From positions 3,520,001-3,584,000 of the forward strand of contig OY762209.1 of assembly GCA_963665295.1 (NCBI GenBank): 64,000 nucleotides of DNA. The letters run 5' to 3'. Position numbers and translations under genes: made by a program. The DNA is from Syntrophorhabdaceae bacterium (lineage in GTDB: Bacteria; Desulfobacterota; Syntrophorhabdia; Syntrophorhabdales; Syntrophorhabdaceae). The notes below the pieces were generated by a model. That model saw only the letters and a list, made by a program, of their open reading frames with translations, searched no databases and was not told the DNA's origin. The stretch's first letter is position 1, and the number at the start of each line of letters is the position of its first letter. This document shows positions 9,788-19,315 of the stretch, piece by piece.

Positions 9788-11452
9788 ATGGGGAGTATCG
9801 CGGGCAGGCTCAAGATAAAACACAAACTCTGGATAATTGTAGGTATATCGCTTGTGGGTCTCATACTGACCGAGGCGGTGTTCCTGGTTTCCCTGAGAAG
9901 AGACCTTTACGAAGAGAAAAAGATGAGGACAAAGAGCGTCGTGGAAACGGCGCATGACGTGGTCCAGTATTATTACAATGCTGCCAGGCAAGGCAAAATG
10001 ACCGATCAGGAAGCCCGCGAAAGAGCGAAGGAAATAGTCAAAACCCTGCGCTACGACGGGAATGAGTATTTCTGGATCAATGACATGAATTGTGTGATGC
10101 TCTCCCACCCCTATTTCGAATTGGAAGGAAAGGATCAATCCAACCTGACGGATGTGAAAGGAAAGAAGATAGTTGTCGCATTTGTGGAGAAGGTGAGGGC
10201 CGGGAAGGCGGGTTTTGTCGATTATGTATGGAAGAAACCCAATTCAGAGAGTTCTGCTGCGAAGATTGCCTATGTCAGCGGTTTTGAGCCGTGGGGATGG
10301 GTGATCGGATCAGGTATTTATACCTATGATATAGATACTACTCTCTGGAGGAAGGCATTGAAGGAGGCCCTGGTGGTCCTCTTGATGTTTTGCGTGATCG
10401 CCGCTGTTTCTTTGTATTTCGCAAAGAGCATCACGAGTCCCTTGTCCGTCGTGAGGGAAAGACTCCGGAAGATGGCGGAGGGCGACCTTCGCATGGAGGG
10501 CGATGAGGCAGGTAAGACGAACGCGTCGTTGGGCACGAATGAGACGAGTCAGCTTCTCGCTGCCCTTAACAGCATGGGAAAAAGTCTTGATTCCCTAATC
10601 GGGAAAGTGCAGCTTTCGGGCATGCAGGTAACTTCATCGACCACGGAAATAGCGGCATCGGCGAGGGAGCTTGAGGCTACGGTAGGCCAGCAGGCGGCAT
10701 CCATCAAACAGGTGACTGCAACTACCAAGGATATATCGAATACCTCCGGGGCGCTCGTCCATACGATGGAGGGTGTGGGTGAGGCGGTGTCGGAAACGGC
10801 GGCTACCGCTGAATCGGGGCGGGAAAAGCTCAACCGCATGGAAGTGTCGATGCGTGAGTTTATTCAGGCTACGGGCTATATCTCGACCAAATTGGGTGTA
10901 ATATCGGACAAGGCGAATAAGATATCGAGTATAGTGACCACCATCAACAAGATATCCGACCAGACGAATCTCCTGTCCCTCAACGCGGCCATCGAAGCGG
11001 AGAAGGCAGGTGAGTACGGGAAGGGATTCTCGGTAGTGGCAAGGGAAATTACCCACCTTTCGGACCAGACGGCCATAGCCACGAAGGATATAGAATATAT
11101 GGTGCGCGAGATGCAGTCGTCCGTTTCTTCCGGAGTAATGGAAATGGATAAATTTACGGAAGGAGTGCGCCGGGGAGTCAACGAGACGGCGACCATAAAC
11201 GATCAACTTGGTAGGATCATCGACAAGGTAAAAGCCTTGGGGCCCCAGTTCGGGAATGTGACGGGTGTAATGCATGCCCAGGTCGCGGGCGCTGAAGAGA
11301 TTAACGAGGCCATGATGCAACTGTCCGCCATGGCGGAGCATACGAAGGATTCACTGTCGGAGTTCAAGGAGGTTACCGAGCAGCTTAATGCGGCGGTGCA
11401 GGTGCTCCGGGCGGAAGTCTCCCGGTTCCGGCTAAGCCAAGGGTCTTTATGA
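9788..11452 (+). CDS. Methyl-accepting chemoreceptor with single Cache domain
   Basis: TM, Cache ([23 protein letters not shown]), TM, HAMP, signalling domain [23 protein letters not shown]. Confidence 0.92.
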   Translation: MGSIAGRLKIKHKLWIIVGISLVGLILTEAVFLVSLRRDLYEEKKMRTKSVVETAHDVVQYYYNAARQGKMTDQEARERAKEIVKTLRYDGNEYFWINDMNCVMLSHPYFELEGKDQSNLTDVKGKKIVVAFVEKVRAGKAGFVDYVWKKPNSESSAAKIAYVSGFEPWGWVIGSGIYTYDIDTTLWRKALKEALVVLLMFCVIAAVSLYFAKSITSPLSVVRERLRKMAEGDLRMEGDEAGKTNASLGTNETSQLLAALNSMGKSLDSLIGKVQLSGMQVTSSTTEIAASARELEATVGQQAASIKQVTATTKDISNTSGALVHTMEGVGEAVSETAATAESGREKLNRMEVSMREFIQATGYISTKLGVISDKANKISSIVTTINKISDQTNLLSLNAAIEAEKAGEYGKGFSVVAREITHLSDQTAIATKDIEYMVREMQSSVSSGVMEMDKFTEGVRRGVNETATINDQLGRIIDKVKALGPQFGNVTGVMHAQVAGAEEINEAMMQLSAMAEHTKDSLSEFKEVTEQLNAAVQVLRAEVSRFRLSQGSL

Positions 11453-13560
11453 GAAGTTACTTTGGCGGTCTCAGGATTTCACAGAAGATATTAATCAGTA
11501 GCCTGGTGTTTGCCGCGCCCATACTTGTGCTTCTCTATTACACGGTGGTGGGTTTTCAGCATAACATGAGGTTTTCGCGACAGGAGCTCTGGGGGATGAG
11601 GGTGGTGGAGCCTCTGCAGAGACTCTCCGAACTCGTGTCGGAACACCAACTGCTGATCCGGCTTTATATCGAGGGAAACAAATCCGTAGAGGGGCGGATT
11701 AACACCGATGGGACGAAGATAGATGAAGCCTTCCTGGTCCTCCTCAGGGAAGGCAAGCAGTTGGAGAAGCCTCTCCAGATCAGCGAGAATGACCTGAAGG
11801 CCGCGCAAATGGGACAATATTATTATCCCAGGGTATATGAGAACTGGCAGGAGTTAAACAGGTCGTGGAAGGAATTTGACAACACGGTCCAGAACGACAG
11901 CCGTCATGAGACGGTCCTTCAGCCTATCCGGGCGCTCATCAAGCGGGTTGGGGATACGTCGAACATGGTGCTTGATCAGGACATCGCCACCACGTATCTG
12001 GTCGATGTTGTCCTCTCCACCCTGCCGAAAACACAAGAACGGCTCAGCAACTTCATCCTTTACGTGCAGTCCCTTCTCTTCAAAGGGTTCCGTTCCAAAG
12101 ATGATATAAACAAGCTGGCGGTTTACTCGGCCTTCCTTGAAAGCGATCTTGAGCGTATCCGCGAGAGCATGGCTACCGTCTACGGAGAGGAAAAGAATTT
12201 TTACGGGGGTAGCCCGACTCTCAAGAAGAGAATTGAGCCCATACTGACGCAATACGAATCTTCTCTGATTGAGTTTTTGGTGATTGGTAAACTGATGACG
12301 GCTGATCCGGGATACAGCATTCCGTTGGCCGACTTTCTGGGGCCGGCCCAGCGCGTTGTCGACGCGGGATCGGCATTGAGACAGGTCTCTATGAGCGAAT
12401 TGGGGATCCTGCTGAACAAAAGAATCGGCAGCTTCAGAACGAGAGGGACCGTGGCCCTGTCGCTCACCATAGGGACATTGATTCTCGCGATAATCATTGC
12501 CCTGCTCATCTCGCGAGGTATTTCCCGGCCTCTCAGGAGCGTGGTGGGCATTGCGGGAGAGATAGCGGCGGGGAATCTGCAGAAGGCGAGAGGGAGCCTC
12601 GAGATTGCGAGAAAGCAGTTTCGCGGCGCTGATGGCGCCACGACCAGGGCAAGTAACGAGATCCTTCAGCTTTTGCAGGCGGTAAACACCATGACGTCGA
12701 GTCTTGATTCGTTACTCACCCAGGTGAGAAAATCGGGGGTACAGGTGAGCGCATCCTCGGCGGAAATCGCGGCGTCGGCGCGGCAACTCGAGGCGACCGT
12801 GGCCGAGCAGGCGGCCTCCATCAACCAGGTGAGCGCGACAAGCGCGGAAATATCGGCGACTACGAGAGATTTCGCGTCGAGAATGATGAGCGTCACCGGA
12901 ATGGCTACGAACGCAGCCGAGCTTGCCGGGGCGAGCATGGCCGGACTTTCCCGTATCAATGAAAACATGAAGACCCTCCTCGAGAGCACCACCCACAGCT
13001 CCGAAAAACTGAACGCCATCAACGATAAGATGGGCGATATCAGCCAAGTGATCACTACCATCACAAAAGTTGCAAACCAGATAAACCTTCTCTCACTGAA
13101 TGCGGCGATCGAAGCGGAGAAAGCCGGCGAATATGGCATCGGATTTTCGGTGGTGGCAAGAGAAATCAGGAGGTTGGCCGATCAGACGGCCGTTGCGGCC
13201 ATTGAGATAGAAGCGATGATAACCGAAACGCAGGCATCGGTAAGGGACGGCATGGACGCGGTGGAGATGTATACGAATCAGACGAAGGCCGGTTCGGAAG
13301 ACATTGCCCATATCAGCTTTGATCTGGAAAAGGTTATCGAGCATACGAGGGAGTTGCAACCTCATGTGGAGGCGGTGAATGAAGGTATCCAGGTGCAATC
13401 CGACAGCGCAGTTCAGATCAGCGAGGCTATGTCCCAGCTTAACGATACCGCGCGCCAGACCAGGGATTCTCTCGTGGAATTCAAAAAGGTGACCCAGCAG
13501 CTTAATGAGGCAGTCAGGGATTTGCAGGACGAAGTGGCGCGATTTACGGTAAGCTCATAG
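11449..13560 (+). CDS. Methyl-accepting chemoreceptor with large helical periplasmic domain (WspA-type signalling domain)
   Basis: 2 TMs, [44 protein letters not shown]. Confidence 0.92.
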   Translation: MRSYFGGLRISQKILISSLVFAAPILVLLYYTVVGFQHNMRFSRQELWGMRVVEPLQRLSELVSEHQLLIRLYIEGNKSVEGRINTDGTKIDEAFLVLLREGKQLEKPLQISENDLKAAQMGQYYYPRVYENWQELNRSWKEFDNTVQNDSRHETVLQPIRALIKRVGDTSNMVLDQDIATTYLVDVVLSTLPKTQERLSNFILYVQSLLFKGFRSKDDINKLAVYSAFLESDLERIRESMATVYGEEKNFYGGSPTLKKRIEPILTQYESSLIEFLVIGKLMTADPGYSIPLADFLGPAQRVVDAGSALRQVSMSELGILLNKRIGSFRTRGTVALSLTIGTLILAIIIALLISRGISRPLRSVVGIAGEIAAGNLQKARGSLEIARKQFRGADGATTRASNEILQLLQAVNTMTSSLDSLLTQVRKSGVQVSASSAEIAASARQLEATVAEQAASINQVSATSAEISATTRDFASRMMSVTGMATNAAELAGASMAGLSRINENMKTLLESTTHSSEKLNAINDKMGDISQVITTITKVANQINLLSLNAAIEAEKAGEYGIGFSVVAREIRRLADQTAVAAIEIEAMITETQASVRDGMDAVEMYTNQTKAGSEDIAHISFDLEKVIEHTRELQPHVEAVNEGIQVQSDSAVQISEAMSQLNDTARQTRDSLVEFKKVTQQLNEAVRDLQDEVARFTVSS

Positions 13561-13566
13561 GAAATT

Positions 13567-14031
13567 ATGCTTTTCCTCCTCTTTCAGATCAGAGATGAAC
13601 GGTATTGCCTGGAGGTTTCCCGGGTTATTGAGGTGGCGCCCATGGTGCTCTTCAAGCCGATCCCTCACGCGCCCGTCTATGTAACGGGACTCCTCAACTA
13701 CAGGGGAACGAGCGTGCCTGTCATCGACCTTTCGGCCCTTCTCTATGGAGAGCCCTCAAGGCCGCGTTTGAGCACCCGCATAATCCTCGTTGATTACGTG
13801 GGCGCTGACAGGACACACCATACCCTCGGCCTTCTCGCCGAGCACGTCACCGAGACTATCTCCCGGAAAGAGGAGGATTTTCAGCCTCCCGGGATAGAGG
13901 TAGAGGATGCACGCTTTCTGGGTAAGGTGGTTTTTACCGATGACGGCATGGTCCGGAGGGTCGAGGTGGAGAAGATGCTCCCTGAAGCCTTGCAGGAGTA
14001 TCTGTTTGCAGCGGGAAAGGAAGAAGGATGA
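13567..14031 (+). CDS. CheW adaptor (WspB-like)
   Basis: MLFLLFQI..ERYCL, GLLNYRG..VPVIDL, LSTRIILV. Confidence 0.9.
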   Translation: MLFLLFQIRDERYCLEVSRVIEVAPMVLFKPIPHAPVYVTGLLNYRGTSVPVIDLSALLYGEPSRPRLSTRIILVDYVGADRTHHTLGLLAEHVTETISRKEEDFQPPGIEVEDARFLGKVVFTDDGMVRRVEVEKMLPEALQEYLFAAGKEEG

Positions 14032-15314
14032 CGGCATACGGCGAGGTGGAAAAATTACTTTCCGACACTATCGGTTTTGATCCCGAGGTCATGGGGAGAA
14101 AGGTCATCGAGAGCGAAATAGATTCCCTGGTGAAGGCATTACAGGTGGATAACGTAGGCTTTTACGTGAAGGAACTGATGTCGGGTGGAGAGGAACTTGG
14201 GCGGCTCATCGAGAGGATCGTGGTCCCTGAAACCTGGTTTTTCCGTGACAGGGAATGTTTCAGGTTTCTCACTCGATACGCGAAAGAGGCGTGTGCAGGA
14301 AGAGGCGGTATTACCAGAGTTCTGTCCGCGCCGTGTTCCACAGGGGAAGAACCGTATTCCATCGCCCTTACCTTGATTGATGCCGGGTTGGAGCCGGAGA
14401 TGTTTCACATCGACGCCGTCGACATAAGCAGCACAGCCCTCCGGGTTGCCGCGGCCGCACGGTATGGAAGGTCTTCCTTCCGGGGAGGGACGACAAAGCG
14501 TTTCGAAGACCGATACTTTATCCCCGTGGAAGATAAGATGCAACTGAAGCCTCAAATTGCCGGACTCGTCAACTTTTCCCGGGACAACATCCTGAGAAGG
14601 GGCTTTTCGACTGATCGCGGGCCATACAGGATGATCTTCTGCAAGAACCTGCTTATATACCTCAATCCCGCCGCAAGGCAGAGACTCTTCGCGTGCCTCG
14701 ACCGCCTGCTCCTGCCGGAGGGAATACTCTTTACGGGCCACTCGGAACTTGCATCGTTTCTGCAATACGGATTCGAGCCGGTTGCGCACTCCAGGTCCTT
14801 TGCCTGCATTAAACGCGATGCCCGCTCTCCGAAAATGACGCATGCCGGAACGGACCGTCCGAAGGTTGCCGTATCCGCGCCCGTGCATATTCCCCTTCAG
14901 GACAAGCGGAAGGATGGGACGGTAACTGAGCGCTCCGATGCCCCGAGAGGCGATGCTGTCCCGGCGCGGCACGGGGCTGTTCCCAAATCGGGCCTTGAAG
15001 CTGTACGAAATATGGCGGACCGGGGCTCCCTGGGAGAGGCGTCGGACTTGTGCGAGCAGTACCTGAAAGAACATGGTACGGACAAAGAAGGGTATTGCCT
15101 GATGGGTCTCATCAGCCAGGCCCTGAAGCGGCTGGATCGGGCCGAAGGGTTCTTTCTCAAGGCCCTTTACCTTGATCCTGTGTATTATGAGGCATTACTC
15201 CATATGTCCCTTTTGTGTGATGAAAAGGGAGACGACGGGAGAGCTGAAATCTTCAGGCAGCGCATCAGGCGGCTTGACGAGGCGGATTCAAATGGCGGCG
15301 GAGGCAGACCATGA
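14028..15314 (+). CDS. CheR methyltransferase with C-terminal TPR (WspC-like)
   Basis: VVPETWFFRD, SAPCSTGEEPYSI, IFCKNLLIY; C-terminal ALYLDP..YEAL TPR. Confidence 0.92.
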   Translation: MTAYGEVEKLLSDTIGFDPEVMGRKVIESEIDSLVKALQVDNVGFYVKELMSGGEELGRLIERIVVPETWFFRDRECFRFLTRYAKEACAGRGGITRVLSAPCSTGEEPYSIALTLIDAGLEPEMFHIDAVDISSTALRVAAAARYGRSSFRGGTTKRFEDRYFIPVEDKMQLKPQIAGLVNFSRDNILRRGFSTDRGPYRMIFCKNLLIYLNPAARQRLFACLDRLLLPEGILFTGHSELASFLQYGFEPVAHSRSFACIKRDARSPKMTHAGTDRPKVAVSAPVHIPLQDKRKDGTVTERSDAPRGDAVPARHGAVPKSGLEAVRNMADRGSLGEASDLCEQYLKEHGTDKEGYCLMGLISQALKRLDRAEGFFLKALYLDPVYYEALLHMSLLCDEKGDDGRAEIFRQRIRRLDEADSNGGGGRP

Positions 15315-15988
15315 GCGAGAGGAGCGAAGAGAGGCCTGTGAATTGCTGGAAGGATACAGGGATCTCAGGAGACCTTTCCTGCCCGAAACTGGCTGAAGTG
15401 GTTCACTGCCGAAACTGCACGGAATATAACAGGGCGGGGAGGCAGCTTTTTGACCGGGAGATACCCGTCGGCTCCCTTGAGGAATGGACAAGAATCCTTA
15501 GTGGAGCCAAAGAAGAAAGGGCCGAGGAGACTATATCGGTGATCGTTTTCCGGATCGGAAAAGAGTGGCTCGCGCTGAAGACGATCTGCCTCCAGGAAGC
15601 GGCCGCCATGCGCGCCATCCACCATATACCCTTGCGCTCGAACAACGTATTCAAGGGGATAGTAAACGTGAACGGGGAACTTCTCCTGTGTATGTCCGCG
15701 GCGGACCTTCTCGAACGGGGAGGGGAAGGAGAAGGTGAAAATCCGGAGAAGGAGGCCTACGAACGGATGCTCGTAGTGAAGATAGAAGGGGAGCGTTACG
15801 TTTTTCCGGTGGGCGAGATTCTCGGTATTTTCCGCATTCCTCAGAGCAGCCTCTATGAACCCCCTGCGACCATGTCCAAATCACCCACAAGTTTCGTCAA
15901 GGCTATCTTCGATTATGAAGAGAGGAGGATAGGCCTTCTTGATGAGAGCAGGTTCCACCATTCACTGAAAAGGAGTCTATTGACGTGA
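15311..15988 (+). CDS. CheW adaptor with Cys-rich N-terminus (WspD-like)
   Basis: CW..GISGD.SCP.L....HCRNC motif characteristic of WspD, then a CheW domain. Confidence 0.9.
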   Translation: MSERSEERPVNCWKDTGISGDLSCPKLAEVVHCRNCTEYNRAGRQLFDREIPVGSLEEWTRILSGAKEERAEETISVIVFRIGKEWLALKTICLQEAAAMRAIHHIPLRSNNVFKGIVNVNGELLLCMSAADLLERGGEGEGENPEKEAYERMLVVKIEGERYVFPVGEILGIFRIPQSSLYEPPATMSKSPTSFVKAIFDYEERRIGLLDESRFHHSLKRSLLT

Positions 15989-18264
15989 GCGACCCCGACC
16001 AGTTCGATTTGGAAGATCTTTCCCTGCTCGACCTTTTTCGCATTGAAGCGGAGAACTATACGAGAATTCTGGATAAGGGCCTCGTGGAGGTGGAAGCCAA
16101 TCAGAGCCCCGAGAAGATTGAGCCGCTTATGCGCGCCGCCCACTCCATCAAGGGCGCGGCCCGTATTGTAGGGCTCGATATTGTGGTGTCCCTCGCTCAC
16201 GCCATGGAGGATGTGCTGTCTCAGGCCCAGAAAGGAGGGCTGAGGCTGACCTCCCACCATATCGACCTGCTTCTGCAGGGTAACGATGTCTTGTCCCGGC
16301 TGTCTTCCACGGAAATATCCCTGATACCTTCATGGCTTGCGGAGGAGGCGGAAAGGATCGAAGGCCTCGGTTTGGCTATCCGGGAATCGGAGAAAGGCGG
16401 GGAGGCGATGGTTGAGAAGGAAAAGAGCCCTCAGCCGACCCCTGTTCCCGCTGCTCAGCCTGTCGATGTTCCGCTTCAGGAGAAGGCTGTCGTAAAGTCT
16501 CCGGCGAAGCCCGTGGAACGGGAGGAAGGGTCCGTGCGGGTAGTCTCGGGGAACCTCAACAGGCTTATGGGCCTGGCGGGTGAGTGTCTTGTACAGGCTA
16601 ACCTCACAAAGCCCTTTACCTCCTCTTTACTTAAGGCCAAGAATTTGCAGATGGAGCTTACCAGCGAACTTGAGGGTATATTCAACTCCATGGAGAAGAA
16701 AAGCGGGAGACGGGCAATCAGGGAAAGACTCGGCGGCACCCTGAGGGAATTGGATCAGATTCGGAGTCTCATGGGCGAGCACATAGAGAGTTTCGAGCTT
16801 TTCACGCGAAGCCTGGAACGTCTTGCGGACCGTTTATATTGCGAGGTTCTTGAAATAAGGATGCGCCCGTTCTCCGATGGTGTGATCGGATTCCCGAGAA
16901 TGGTGCGTGATCTTTCCAGGGAACTCGGCAAGAAGGTGAACTTCAGGATCATCGGTGAAGCGACAAGGGTTGACAGGGACATCCTGGAAAGATTGGAGGC
17001 GCCCCTTACCCACCTCCTCAGGAATGCCGTGGACCATGGATTGGAAGGACCGGAGGAGCGCCTTCAGGCATTGAAAGCAGGGGAAGGTTCCCTCATCCTT
17101 GAGGCGCGGCACAGTTCGGGAATGCTCCACATCAGCGTTACCGATGATGGTAAGGGCGTGGACATGGAAAAACTGCGCGCCAAGATCGTCCGGGATGGAC
17201 GGGTGCCCCCGGAGATGGCCTCAACCTTGAGCGCAGGGGAACTGCTCGACTTTCTCTTTCTTCCGGGATTCACCACGGCCTCCAAGGTCACTGAGGTTTC
17301 AGGGAGGGGAGTGGGCCTTGATGTGGTCCTCTCCATGGTTGAAGAGGTAGGGGGTTCGGTCCGGGCCGAATCGGAGCAGGGGAAGGGCACATCGTTCCAT
17401 CTCTATCTCCCCCTTACCCTGTCGGTGGTAAAGGGCCTGGTGGTGGACATCGGGCGTGAGCCCTATGCCATACCGCTGGCACGGATAGACCGGGTACTGA
17501 ACGTGGCGCGGGAAGACCTCGAAGTCCTGGAGGACAAGCAGTTTTACACCCATGAGAATGAGCACCTGGGCATTGTGGACGCCCACCAGGTCCTCGATAC
17601 GGCCCCTTCGGACGCGGTTTCTCCGGAGCTGCGTATTGCGGTGATCAGCGACCGCCTTAACCGGTACGGCCTTGTGGTGGACGGATTCCTTGGAGAGAGG
17701 GAGCTTGTAGTCATTCCTCTTGACGTCCGCCTGGGCAAGGTGCCTAATGTCAGCGCCGGCGCCATTCTTGAGGACGGGTCGCCTGCCCTTATCCTAGATG
17801 TTGACGATCTGGTGCGGTCCATCGACAACCTTCTCACTCACGGGACACTGCAAAGGGTTGGAGGCAAGAGCGAGCATCACGGCAGCGCGAGAAAGCGCAT
17901 TCTTGTAGTGGACGATTCTCTGACGGTCCGGGAGGTTGAGCGAAGACTTCTCGAAAAGGGCGGCTATGAGGTTATGGTCGGTGTGGACGGGATGGACGGC
18001 TGGAACCTTTTGCAGGGGGGAGGCGGGTTCGACCTCGTGATTTCCGATATAGATATGCCCCGCATGAACGGCATAGAACTAATTAGAAGGATCAAGAGCG
18101 ATCCGAGGCTCAGGAGTCTGCCCGTCATCATTGTTTCCTACAAGGACCGGGAAGAAGACAGGGTAAAAGGTCTCGAAGCGGGGGCCAATTACTACCTGAC
18201 AAAGAGCAGTTTCCACGACGAGGGCCTTACCAACGCGGTGAGGGATATGATTGGGGAGCCCTAG
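15985..18264 (+). CDS. Hybrid CheA kinase-receiver (WspE-like)
   Basis: HPt MRAAHSIKGAAR, HLLRNAVDHG, SGRGVGLD, CheW domain, C-terminal REC (VVDDS, SDIDMP). Confidence 0.95.
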   Translation: MSDPDQFDLEDLSLLDLFRIEAENYTRILDKGLVEVEANQSPEKIEPLMRAAHSIKGAARIVGLDIVVSLAHAMEDVLSQAQKGGLRLTSHHIDLLLQGNDVLSRLSSTEISLIPSWLAEEAERIEGLGLAIRESEKGGEAMVEKEKSPQPTPVPAAQPVDVPLQEKAVVKSPAKPVEREEGSVRVVSGNLNRLMGLAGECLVQANLTKPFTSSLLKAKNLQMELTSELEGIFNSMEKKSGRRAIRERLGGTLRELDQIRSLMGEHIESFELFTRSLERLADRLYCEVLEIRMRPFSDGVIGFPRMVRDLSRELGKKVNFRIIGEATRVDRDILERLEAPLTHLLRNAVDHGLEGPEERLQALKAGEGSLILEARHSSGMLHISVTDDGKGVDMEKLRAKIVRDGRVPPEMASTLSAGELLDFLFLPGFTTASKVTEVSGRGVGLDVVLSMVEEVGGSVRAESEQGKGTSFHLYLPLTLSVVKGLVVDIGREPYAIPLARIDRVLNVAREDLEVLEDKQFYTHENEHLGIVDAHQVLDTAPSDAVSPELRIAVISDRLNRYGLVVDGFLGERELVVIPLDVRLGKVPNVSAGAILEDGSPALILDVDDLVRSIDNLLTHGTLQRVGGKSEHHGSARKRILVVDDSLTVREVERRLLEKGGYEVMVGVDGMDGWNLLQGGGGFDLVISDIDMPRMNGIELIRRIKSDPRLRSLPVIIVSYKDREEDRVKGLEAGANYYLTKSSFHDEGLTNAVRDMIGEP

Positions 18265-18268
18265 AGGA

Positions 18269-19315
18269 ATGCGCATTGGAATTGCATATAACCACCCCCG
18301 GGAAGCGGAGATACTAAGCGAAATCATTGCCTCGCAGCCCGGTTACGACGTTGTCTGGATAGCCCGGGACGGAAGAGAGACAATCAGGAAGACTGAGACG
18401 GACAGTCCCGACCTTCTTTTGATGGGACTCGTACTTCCCGACCTGGGTGGCGCCGAGGCGACCCGGATCATCATGAAAGGACATCCGTGCGCGATCCTGA
18501 TTGTGAGTCCCTCCGTCAGTGAGAATGCGGCGCAGGTGTTCGAGGCAATGGGCAACGGGGCCCTGGATGTAGTGGGGGTTCCGACTTTCGATGAGAAAGG
18601 CCGTATCAAAGGCAAGGAAGAATTGCTCAAGAAGATCGCCACCATAGAAAAACTCATCAGAAAAGAAGAGGGACTCCCGAACGGCCTGCCCCGGTCCGTG
18701 AAAGACTCCGGGGGAGCGCGAAAACCTCTCATTGCCATAGGCTCTTCCACCGGCGGGCCTAAGGCCCTGGGACAGATCCTCTCGGCCCTGCCCGGGAGAC
18801 TCGGTGCTCCCGTAGTGATAGTACAGCATCTGGAGGCGCAGTTCGCCGGCGGTCTTGTCGAATGGCTCGGTCAGCAGACCAGGCTAAAAGTCGTTCTTGC
18901 AGAGGCCCATATGAAGCTTGAGCCTGACACCGTATTTGTGGCGGGCACGAACGACCATCTGGTTCTTGGTCCGGAACAGGCGTTGCACTACGTTGCCGAT
19001 CCTGTGGATTATCCCTTCCGACCCTCGGTGGACCGGTTCTTCCTCAGTGCAAGGGATTATTGGCCGGGAAAAGGGGTTGCGGTGCTCCTGACGGGCATGG
19101 GGAGGGACGGGGCAAAAGGGCTTCTCGCCCTGCGTCGGGCGGGCTGGCATACCATAGCCCAGGACGAAAAGACATCTGTCGTATATGGGATGCCCAAGGC
19201 CGCGATGGAGCTTGAAGCGGCAGTGAAGATTATGGCCGTCGAGAAGATAGCGGATGAAATAATAGCGCAAATAAGAATGAAGGAAGGATTACCCATTTAT
19301 GACAATGAACGATGA
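18269..19315 (+). CDS. CheB methylesterase with degenerate receiver (WspF-like)
   Basis: GSSTGG, VQH, RPSVD, GMGRDG intact; receiver has LMG in place of LMD. Confidence 0.92.
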   Translation: MRIGIAYNHPREAEILSEIIASQPGYDVVWIARDGRETIRKTETDSPDLLLMGLVLPDLGGAEATRIIMKGHPCAILIVSPSVSENAAQVFEAMGNGALDVVGVPTFDEKGRIKGKEELLKKIATIEKLIRKEEGLPNGLPRSVKDSGGARKPLIAIGSSTGGPKALGQILSALPGRLGAPVVIVQHLEAQFAGGLVEWLGQQTRLKVVLAEAHMKLEPDTVFVAGTNDHLVLGPEQALHYVADPVDYPFRPSVDRFFLSARDYWPGKGVAVLLTGMGRDGAKGLLALRRAGWHTIAQDEKTSVVYGMPKAAMELEAAVKIMAVEKIADEIIAQIRMKEGLPIYDNER

